Positions 46,668-54,555 of a stretch of DNA of 64,000 nt are shown one piece after another. The notes below the pieces were generated by a model, which worked only from the letters and a program-made list of their open reading frames with translations, searched no databases and was not told the DNA's origin. Source of the stretch: Candidatus Latescibacterota bacterium. GTDB lineage: Bacteria; Latescibacterota; UBA2968; UBA8231. The position numbers and the translations under genes were made by a program. Position 1 is the first letter of the stretch. Every line of letters begins with the position of its first letter. The stretch spans positions 1,952,001-2,016,000 of the forward strand of contig OZ244561.1 of the NCBI GenBank assembly GCA_965217585.1, in the 5' to 3' direction.

Positions 46668-47123
46668 ATGCCATCGAATGCTCCAACGTATGAAGGAAAC
46701 TGTCTCTGCGGTCATGTAAGAATACAGGTGGAAGGTTCGCCTATTAAAGCTGGGTATTGCCATTGTAAGACATGCCGAACATGGCATGCGGCACCCATTA
46801 ATGCCTACTCAGTGTGGCCGAACGAAGCCGTTCGCATTACGCAAGGCGAAGATTTGATTGTGAACTATCAGAGTGGAAGTAGTAATCGACATTGGTGTCG
46901 GCACTGTGGATCGGGTTTGATGAACCGTATAAGGAACGAGAGGACGGTGGTGTATGCTATGGTACTGGCCGAATCGGGCTACGTCCATGAAGCAGACTGC
47001 CATATCAACTGCGATGAAGCCGTGTTGGATCTGCAGGACGGGATTCCCAAATATGTGGGGTGGCCGGATTCCGAGCCCATGGAAGAACCACTGCAGACCC
47101 GGATGCGACCCTCCACTACCTAA
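46668..47123 (+). CDS. GFA (glutathione-dependent formaldehyde-activating) family protein
   Basis: GNCLCG, CHCKTCR and WCRHCGS. Confidence 0.9.
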   Translation: MPSNAPTYEGNCLCGHVRIQVEGSPIKAGYCHCKTCRTWHAAPINAYSVWPNEAVRITQGEDLIVNYQSGSSNRHWCRHCGSGLMNRIRNERTVVYAMVLAESGYVHEADCHINCDEAVLDLQDGIPKYVGWPDSEPMEEPLQTRMRPSTT

Positions 47124-47177
47124 GTTAGGGGCACCCAAGAACGTTAACCGCCATCCCCAAACCACCCATACCCATCC

Positions 47178-47507
47178 ATGTCCGAATTCATCACTTTCAA
47201 ACGTTGGGCCCTAAGAGACGGGCGACAAGAGTCGGAACTAGTCAACCTCGTCCGTGAGGAGATCATTCCTCACTTTGAGAAACTGCCAGGCTGCCTTAAG
47301 CTGGGATTGCTGCATATTGCGGGTACTCGGTCTTATGTTGCTCTCCAACATTGGAAAAATCGCGACACTTGGCACGCAACTATCGAGTCCGACTACTACG
47401 AATCTTGGTATGAAGCGTATACGCCAACGCTTGAGCGCTGGGACAAGCTCATGATCTTCGAAGAAGAATGGCAAAGTAAAGACCTATTGGGCACAGGGAG
47501 CATTTGA
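47178..47507 (+). CDS. Dimeric alpha/beta-barrel (ABM-like) small protein
   Basis: EEIIPHFEKLPGC...W pattern; 109 aa. Confidence 0.55.
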   Translation: MSEFITFKRWALRDGRQESELVNLVREEIIPHFEKLPGCLKLGLLHIAGTRSYVALQHWKNRDTWHATIESDYYESWYEAYTPTLERWDKLMIFEEEWQSKDLLGTGSI

Positions 47508-47687
47508 AGGAGTTCTATGGGACAATTGGCTTTGTAGAACTTGATCCGGCAGATGCTCCGTATCTCCTTCAAGAAAGGCTGGAGCATTATAGGACAATGG
47601 GACTTGATTCAATAATCATGGCGAGGACGGGATGGGGATAGAGTTTCCAACTCATCATCGTCGCTGCTCAGCATTGGAGGCCAACAA

Positions 47688-48500
47688 TTGACAAGTAGGT
47701 CGCGTGCGCTTGTCGAGGTCCATGTTGCGGCCCTCCTGTATGGATTCATCGGCCCCTTCGGAAAGGCAGTCGATCTCAACCCGCACCAAATCGTCTTTTG
47801 GAGGACGTCTCTGGCAGCAGTCGTTCTACTGGTTATTGCGAGGCGGCTCAAGAGCCACACTCTAGTCAAGAACTGGGCCGACCTGGCTACTTTTACGGCG
47901 ATCGCTGGATTGCTTGCTGTTCATTGGGTGCTCTTCTTCAAGTCAATAAAGGTCTCAACCGTCGCAATTGGCCTAGTGACGACGTACACCTATCCAGTAC
48001 TCATGGTATTTCTCGAGAGCTGGTTCTTCAACCTCAGGCTCAAAGCTCTCGATTTCGTAAGTGCCGTTGCGGTCTTGGTGGGTATTTACTATCTGACACC
48101 CGAGTTTGATTTGTCGGATGCGACTTTCCAAGGGGTTATCTACGGGGTTGCCGCTGGAGCAATGATCCCATTCATGCTTTACGATGGAAGTCTCTTCCAC
48201 ATGCCAAGTTCTAGGGATCTCTTGCTCCTAGTGGTGCTTGGAGTGGTACTAACTGGTTTCGCAAGGGTACTTTTTGTCAACAGCCAGCGACACCTCTCCG
48301 GCAAAGTTGTTGGGATCACCTTGGTGCTTGAGGTAGTTTATGGTGTGATTCTCGCACTGATTTTCTTGGCTGCTGTTCCATCGAAGAGGGAAATCATCGG
48401 CGGCCTGATAATAGTGTCCGTTGCTTTGTTTGAGAGTCTAAGGTCTCGAAGGCATGAAACTGCAGGCAAGGATATCGGTGAGTCAGAAAGCGATATTTGA
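47688..48500 (+). CDS. DMT/EamA family transporter, apparently missing one TM helix
   Basis: IVFWR, HWVLFFKSIKVSTVAIG, TYP and LEVVYG. Confidence 0.82.
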   Translation: MTSRSRALVEVHVAALLYGFIGPFGKAVDLNPHQIVFWRTSLAAVVLLVIARRLKSHTLVKNWADLATFTAIAGLLAVHWVLFFKSIKVSTVAIGLVTTYTYPVLMVFLESWFFNLRLKALDFVSAVAVLVGIYYLTPEFDLSDATFQGVIYGVAAGAMIPFMLYDGSLFHMPSSRDLLLLVVLGVVLTGFARVLFVNSQRHLSGKVVGITLVLEVVYGVILALIFLAAVPSKREIIGGLIIVSVALFESLRSRRHETAGKDIGESESDI

Positions 48501-48624
48501 GCCCATATACACCGAGAGGCTGGCATATCCTATAACACCATGCCCCCGACTGCGGAGCATTCTCGCCTCCGACCCAATCTAGCTTCGCTACAAACTTCGA
48601 CAGTCCACGACGATCGGAGAATCA

Positions 48625-50022
48625 ATGGAACGTACATCAAGAGCGTCTTTCTGGCCGCAGGCTTGGCAGTTGTCCCTTCCTGTAGTATTAGCTCTGCTCT
48701 GCCTGCGGGCCGTCCCCGCCGTCTCGGCCATCGATACCCTCGTCGTCCTGCACACGAACGACTTTCACGGCTATATCTCGCCCGACGGCGACCGCGCCGC
48801 CGGACTGGCCCGCATCGCCACGTACTTCAACCGCGAACGCGCCCGCTCCTCAAAGGTGCTAGCTCTCGATGCCGGCGACTGCGTATCCGGCACGCCCGTC
48901 TCAATCCTCTTTCAGGGACGACCGATCTTTGCCGTGATGACAGCCGTCGGATACGACGCCGTCGTGCTCGGCAACCACGAGTTTGACTATGGTTGGCGCG
49001 AGATCCTCGCCTACCGCGATATCGCCGACTTTCCTCTACTGAGCGCGAACGCGCGTGGCCCTGCAGGCGAACTGATCGCCGACGCGCCCTTCGCGACGCT
49101 GAGCTTGGAAGACCTGCGCGTCGGCATCGTCGGCGTCACGACGGAGAGAACCAGAGAAATCACCACGGCGAAGGGCAACGAAGGGGTGACTTTCGACGGG
49201 GAGATCGCGTCCGTCCGTTCGGCCGTTGACTCGATCAAAGCCCACGTTGACATCGTCATCCTCCTGTCCCACGCCGGCCACAGTGCTGATAGCACCTTGG
49301 CTGAAGCGGTAGGCGACATTGACCTCATTGTCAGCGGGCACAGCCACACGGTCCTCGATCAGCCTCAGATCGTAAGAGGGACCCCGATCGTTCGCGCCGG
49401 TGCTTATACATCGCACGTCGGCCACGTCCAATTGCTCTACGATCATGATGCGGGACAGGTGACAAAAGCCAAGGGGTTTGTCGTACCCGCTGCTCAACTT
49501 CCGCCGCCAGACCCCAAGGTAGCTGCTGTCGTAGCAAAATGGGAAGATCGCGTCTCCCAACTGGTCGACGTCACCATCGGACACACCGAGCGAGACTGGA
49601 GTGAGGAGGAGATGTATATGCTCGTAGAGCACATCTTGGCGACTCGGTCCGGCTCGGACATTGGCTTCTACAACAAAGGGGGCGTGAGAAATCGCTTGTA
49701 TCAGGGCACAATTACGGCCCGTCACATCTGGAACATCCATCCCTTCGGCAATCAACTCGCCATCGTGCAGATTCTCGGCAAGGACATCGGCGGCAAACTG
49801 TCGGAGCGACTAACCGCTACGGGCACGGCGATTGATCCCGATAATCTCTATACGGTGGCGACGAATTCCTTCGTCGTCGAGCCATCTCGGCGCGAGTTAT
49901 TGATCGGGACTGCTAAGTCGGTATGGATAGAAGAGGTTCTGATCCGCGACGTCGTTATTAACTACATCAAAGAGGGCGGTCCCATCGACGCGCTGTTGAC
50001 GCCGACCACAATGGAAGAGTGA
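48625..50022 (+). CDS. Bifunctional metallophosphatase/5'-nucleotidase
   Basis: LHTNDFHG, LDAGD, LGNHEFDYG, LSHAG, SGHSH, NKGGVR and PFGN. Confidence 0.93.
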   Translation: MERTSRASFWPQAWQLSLPVVLALLCLRAVPAVSAIDTLVVLHTNDFHGYISPDGDRAAGLARIATYFNRERARSSKVLALDAGDCVSGTPVSILFQGRPIFAVMTAVGYDAVVLGNHEFDYGWREILAYRDIADFPLLSANARGPAGELIADAPFATLSLEDLRVGIVGVTTERTREITTAKGNEGVTFDGEIASVRSAVDSIKAHVDIVILLSHAGHSADSTLAEAVGDIDLIVSGHSHTVLDQPQIVRGTPIVRAGAYTSHVGHVQLLYDHDAGQVTKAKGFVVPAAQLPPPDPKVAAVVAKWEDRVSQLVDVTIGHTERDWSEEEMYMLVEHILATRSGSDIGFYNKGGVRNRLYQGTITARHIWNIHPFGNQLAIVQILGKDIGGKLSERLTATGTAIDPDNLYTVATNSFVVEPSRRELLIGTAKSVWIEEVLIRDVVINYIKEGGPIDALLTPTTMEE

Positions 50023-50080
50023 TCGGCGGGCCGCCTGAAGGGTCGAGTGGCGCGACGAGATTTCTGTAGGCGATAGAGTC

Positions 50081-50348
50081 CGCGTATAAATGCTTCCAGC
50101 GAGGCTGCCTCGTCAGGGAATGGGCGATCGAGACGGAGGCGGTTGGAACTCAAGTCTCATCTAACCCCTCGTGGGCGTAGTGCCAGTCCTCCAAGTGGTT
50201 GAGCAGCACGAGATTGGCGTAGATCGAAGGCCCGACGACCGTTGCCGACGAGAGCGGGTCTGAATCTTGGACGACGCGGATATATGCTTTTAGCGAGGCG
50301 ACCGCCTCAGGGAATGGAGGATCGAGGACAAGGCGGTTACTGTTCAAG
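50081..50348 (-). pseudogene. Mosaic of gene fragments: two diverged copies of a ~74-bp gene start around a copy of the DUF5069-like gene end
   Basis: 50081-50154 resembles 50275-50348 (SSNRLRLDRPFP vs NSNRLVLDPPFP); 50163-50209 matches 51529-51575 (VLLNHLEDWHYAH). Confidence 0.8.
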
Positions 50349-50370
50349 GAGCTATACCTATACTACAATA

Positions 50371-51009
50371 CTACATTTTGCCCGGCTGTTGGTGTCGTGT
50401 AGTTTGGGCTAAGGTACGTCCCCAAGCTTGTGCGGCTAATGGCACAGTATTACTCCCAGGGGCATCCAAGGCAATATGCTGCGACAGAGACTGGATACTG
50501 AGGTGGATCGCCCTACGACTCCGATGGTATAGGGCCTGAACCAACAGGGCGCATAGCTTATACGCTACGTACAGTATCAGAATGGGAGCACCGGTTGTGA
50601 TGTGCCAAAATACCGATAGCATCATGCGTTGATAAATGCCCTGAACGAACTCCCTATATTCTTCGTTGTGCAAGGCCGCCAATTGATCGTCCAAATCATC
50701 AGCAAAAGGCCGTTCTTCTCGCGGGTATTTCTTTAATCCCCAATATGCCGCCAGTACTCCCCAAACACTCACCCGATGGCCGTGACGCAATAACCCATTG
50801 AGAGTTTGACGCATCGTCACATACGAGGGAGTATCTAAGGGAACGCCCATACTGTAGGTCTTTATGAGAAGAGAATCTCGCAACACGAATAGCTTGTGTC
50901 GCAGTAGGTCGATCCGAAATTTGCGGTATCCCCAAAAGTAGATTGTCCACCCAATTAATACGTAAATCACCAGCCTGATACCGGCGATCATTTCCATTTC
51001 GGCAGTCAT
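50371..51009 (-). CDS. Hypothetical membrane protein (lower GC)
   Basis: 212-aa ORF with hydrophobic segments; ATGA overlap with the upstream gene. Confidence 0.65.
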   Translation of the reverse strand: MTAEMEMIAGIRLVIYVLIGWTIYFWGYRKFRIDLLRHKLFVLRDSLLIKTYSMGVPLDTPSYVTMRQTLNGLLRHGHRVSVWGVLAAYWGLKKYPREERPFADDLDDQLAALHNEEYREFVQGIYQRMMLSVFWHITTGAPILILYVAYKLCALLVQALYHRSRRAIHLSIQSLSQHIALDAPGSNTVPLAAQAWGRTLAQTTRHQQPGKM

Positions 51010-51434
51010 GGCTCGTCCTCCGGGTGTGTGTCTCCTGTTTCCGTCAGGTTACTAGATGTGCGGTTGGGATCTATGCGCTCTTCAAGTTCCTTTATATGTG
51101 CTGCTATATGCTTTGTGTTCTTTTTTCGCAGTTTGTGCTCTCTTATAGCCCAAAGAGTTGTACCGCCCGTGAGCAGGTATAAAATACCCCTGTCAAGTTT
51201 TAAATCGGTAATAGCTTTGAGGGCAATATCTGTAGCAGTAGTTTTGCCCGCTAGGCTATCTACTATTAGATACAAGCAATAGAAACATGCAGCGATACCT
51301 CCCCAACGTATCAGCCCATTAAAAATCCCTCCAACAATGTCCCATTTTTTTGCGTACTTGGCCCATTCAAGTTCGGCATTAAGTCGTGACCTTTCTGAAG
51401 AATCTTCGCCCTTGCGACGACGGCCCTTCGCCAT
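51006..51434 (-). CDS. Hypothetical two-TM membrane protein (lower GC)
   Basis: AGGAG RBS, two hydrophobic segments and a coiled-coil-like tail. Confidence 0.7.
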   Translation of the reverse strand: MAKGRRRKGEDSSERSRLNAELEWAKYAKKWDIVGGIFNGLIRWGGIAACFYCLYLIVDSLAGKTTATDIALKAITDLKLDRGILYLLTGGTTLWAIREHKLRKKNTKHIAAHIKELEERIDPNRTSSNLTETGDTHPEDEP

Positions 51435-51515
51435 ATCTACTCCTAATTATAATATATATCATTAATAAATAATATGTTGGACTCTATCAACCCTGGGACG
51501 CTGTCTTACAGAAGC

Positions 51516-52409
51516 TCACCCCCCGACCAACCCCTGGTGGGCGTAGTGCCAGTCTTCAAGGTGGTTGAGCAGCACTCCTGAAGTCCACGTCGGGGGACGC
51601 TGCAAGGTGGCGTGGATTTCGGCCTGCTTGGCGGCGATGTGATCGCGTTCAAGCAGACGCTGGTTGAAGGCCGCTACAGCTTCTTTTTCGATAGTACCTT
51701 CCCGCCGCACCCAGTTCTCAAATGCGAGATAGGTCGGCATCTCCTCGCGGAGAAACGCAAGGGCTGCGTCCTGATCCACCTGCAAGGTCTGCAAGCAACG
51801 CTGGTCGAGGCTGCCTTCGGCGCAATCGGGGTAGTCGAGATGCAGCCAGCCCCTGGCGCGCAGGCAGGTCTTGAGCCACGTGCGCGGTAGCTGGCAGATA
51901 CCCAACGGGCCTCGGTCGATACTGCTGAGGGTAGGGGCCACAGGCCCAGGCAGGCCCGGGGCATCGAGAGTGAGGACGCGAGGGAAGACGCGGCGGTGAA
52001 AAAGGTGCCAGTCCTGTAGGCAGTTGAGCAGCACGGCCGATACTTCGGTCGCCTCCTCCTGCGACCAGCCTATATCCCCATAGGTCTCGTCGATTTTGGC
52101 CGGCATATAGTGGGCGCGCTGCACCAAGGACTTGTTCCAGCGCGCGATGCGATTGGACTCGTAGGTGCCTTCGGCGGTCACCCACTCCTCAAATTGTAGG
52201 TAGGTAGGCCGCTGGTCCCACAAAAAGTGCAAGGCGCGGTCCTGGTCAATGCGCAGCACCTCCAGCACGTATTTGTCGAGACCGCCGCTGCAAAAGGGAT
52301 AGTCCGCATCGAGCTGCCCGGCTTGGTGGAGGAGATTTTTCCACCACAGACGCGGTAGCTGGGCCACGCCTAGCGGGCCTTGACAGAGAGTGCTGACCAA
52401 TGGAATCAC
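51516..52409 (-). CDS. Tandem two-domain DUF5069-like protein
   Basis: Internal repeat GPLG.xQLPRxWxK...PTYLxFExWV...LLNxLxDWH occurs twice. Confidence 0.7.
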   Translation of the reverse strand: MIPLVSTLCQGPLGVAQLPRLWWKNLLHQAGQLDADYPFCSGGLDKYVLEVLRIDQDRALHFLWDQRPTYLQFEEWVTAEGTYESNRIARWNKSLVQRAHYMPAKIDETYGDIGWSQEEATEVSAVLLNCLQDWHLFHRRVFPRVLTLDAPGLPGPVAPTLSSIDRGPLGICQLPRTWLKTCLRARGWLHLDYPDCAEGSLDQRCLQTLQVDQDAALAFLREEMPTYLAFENWVRREGTIEKEAVAAFNQRLLERDHIAAKQAEIHATLQRPPTWTSGVLLNHLEDWHYAHQGLVGG

Positions 52410-52421
52410 AATTTGCTCCTT

Positions 52422-53276
52422 TCAGGTGGCCGCCAACTCAAACAGCGGTGCGTTCCCCTCGGCACGGACCCGCAAGTCCTCCACTTCGGCGGTCGTGATG
52501 GGCGCGAGGCGGTCGGCCATGTCCAAGGCCATTTCAAAGAGAGGGACTTCACCGGGCGGCAGGGCGGCAGTGATGGGCTGCGATAGGGCGAAGCGCAGGG
52601 CTAGTTCGGCTAGTTCTGGCTCGTCAATGGGATCGTACCAGCATTTGGCGTAGCGTTTGGGTGCTCCTTGGGGTAGGCGCGAGCGGGCCATGGCTTTGAG
52701 GGCTAGGCAGGCGGTGCCGCGCTCCTGCGCCTTGGCCACAACTTGAGGGCCGAAGTCGGCCTGGAAGTAATTGACCCAGTTGACGGGGAAGAGCACCGAG
52801 TCAAAGGGGAAATAGTCCAACAGTTGCAAGGCGATTTCAGCCGAGTGAGCCGAAAAACCTAGATAGCGCACCAAGCCTTGATCGCGGGCCTCCACGAACG
52901 CCGCCAAGGCTCCGTCGGGGGCAGTAGCTGCGGCGAAATCCTCTTCTGTGGTCATGGCGTGCAATTGGTACAGGTCGAAGTGGTCGGTGCGCATGGTTTT
53001 GAGGGATTGGCGCAACTCTGCGGCGGCCCCGGCCTGCGTGCGCTGGGTCGTCTTACAGGCCAAGAATACCTCGTTGCGATACGGTTCCAAAGCTGGCCCT
53101 AGACGCTCCTCGGCATTGCCGTAGGACGGAGCCACGTCAAAGTAATTAACGCCGCGCTCGACAGCTCGTCCCACCAAGCGGGCGGCCTCAGCCGCTTCCA
53201 CTTGGCTGACGACGATGCCGCCGAAGCCGATTACGGAAAGGTGTTCACCCGTGGTGCCGTAGGGACGTCGCTGCAT
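52422..53276 (-). CDS. Aldo/keto reductase
   Basis: VNYFDVAPSYG, LACKT, TDHFDLYQLH and LGFSAH. Confidence 0.92.
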   Translation of the reverse strand: MQRRPYGTTGEHLSVIGFGGIVVSQVEAAEAARLVGRAVERGVNYFDVAPSYGNAEERLGPALEPYRNEVFLACKTTQRTQAGAAAELRQSLKTMRTDHFDLYQLHAMTTEEDFAAATAPDGALAAFVEARDQGLVRYLGFSAHSAEIALQLLDYFPFDSVLFPVNWVNYFQADFGPQVVAKAQERGTACLALKAMARSRLPQGAPKRYAKCWYDPIDEPELAELALRFALSQPITAALPPGEVPLFEMALDMADRLAPITTAEVEDLRVRAEGNAPLFELAAT

Positions 53277-53324
53277 GGATATTCTCCTATTTTCCTGTGG
53301 AATAGATGCGTTATTGTAGGCAAC

Positions 53325-54473
53325 CTACTCAAACACCGTTTCGCCGCACTTGTGCCCTTCAATGTAATCCCAATCCATCTCCACGCCCAAACCCGGCCCC
53401 TGCGGCACGGGCACGTGGCCTTGGGCATCGACGTTTCCCAGTTCGTCGGTGAATTCGGGGGGATAGACGGGCGGCTTGGTGTTTTTGACTAGAGGATGGA
53501 GCAGGCCCAATTCATAGTAATTGGTGTTGCGGATGGCGGCAATGCAGTGGCGGTGCGCCAAGCCGCCGCCGTGGAACTCGCAGTCGAGACCAAAGCCCTC
53601 GGCCGCGTGGGCGACCTTCATCGCACCGGTGATGCCGCCGTCCTCAAACGTGCCGACGCGGACAAAGTCGGTGCCGCCATGAGCAATGAAGTCCACGTGC
53701 TGTTCGAGACCAAAGATATGCTCGGTCTGCAGAAGCGGCGTCTTGAGCAATTCGCGGAGCTTCTTGTGGGCAAAAATCGAGACGCCGCCGTCCTTATAGG
53801 GATCTTCGAGCCAGAAGTAGCCCGCCTCGTCGCAGGCGCGACCCACGCGCAGGGCGTCGGCCCACGTCTCGTATTCGCAGGCCGGGTCAATCATCAGGTC
53901 CATGCGGTCGCCGACGCGCTCGCCAACTGCGAGGACATTGGCCACCTCGCGAGCGATGGGGGCGTTGCCCCAGCCGTGGATCTTGAACGCGGGGTAGCCG
54001 ATCGCCGCGCACTGCTCGGCGAAGTCGGCAAAGGCTTCCGGAGTGCTCAGGCCGCCGTTCTCGTCGCCGTGATAAGTCGAAGCATAGGCGGGGATGGTCT
54101 TTCTCCAGCCGCCCAAAAGCTGCCAGATAGGCGCGTCGTACACCTTACCAGCAAAATCCCAGAGCGCCACGTCAACGGCGCAGATGTCGGTGCGGGCGGA
54201 GTGGCGCAGACCGCGCTTGATATCGTTGTACATCCGCTCGCGGGCAAACGGATTGCGGCCGAGAAGATAGCGGGCGACGTTTTCGGGGACTGGTCGGCCG
54301 AGGCACTCGCCGGTGACGCCAATACTGGTGTGGATGCGTACCACGCACTGCGTCATCGGCAGCGTCGCGCCCTTCTCGTAAACCTGATTAAAACCGTTGT
54401 AGTCGGTGCCCATGTTTTCGATCTGATGGGCGAAGTAAATATTTTCGATCTTGGTGATTTTGGGGTCGGACAT
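53325..54473 (-). CDS. Mandelate racemase/muconate lactonizing enzyme family protein
   Basis: VDVALWD, FKIH, LMIDP, WLEDP and PGLGVE. Confidence 0.9.
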   Translation of the reverse strand: MSDPKITKIENIYFAHQIENMGTDYNGFNQVYEKGATLPMTQCVVRIHTSIGVTGECLGRPVPENVARYLLGRNPFARERMYNDIKRGLRHSARTDICAVDVALWDFAGKVYDAPIWQLLGGWRKTIPAYASTYHGDENGGLSTPEAFADFAEQCAAIGYPAFKIHGWGNAPIAREVANVLAVGERVGDRMDLMIDPACEYETWADALRVGRACDEAGYFWLEDPYKDGGVSIFAHKKLRELLKTPLLQTEHIFGLEQHVDFIAHGGTDFVRVGTFEDGGITGAMKVAHAAEGFGLDCEFHGGGLAHRHCIAAIRNTNYYELGLLHPLVKNTKPPVYPPEFTDELGNVDAQGHVPVPQGPGLGVEMDWDYIEGHKCGETVFE

Positions 54474-54555
54474 AGCGTCTCCTCTCAGATAAGGACCGTA
54501 AAATTAGACAAACCCGTATTGATTTTAAACTCCAATAGCGATGAACACGGCCCCG

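Noticed and set aside
45000-48600. Bona fide integron
   Set aside because: No intI gene and no complete attC with paired R and L boxes could be read
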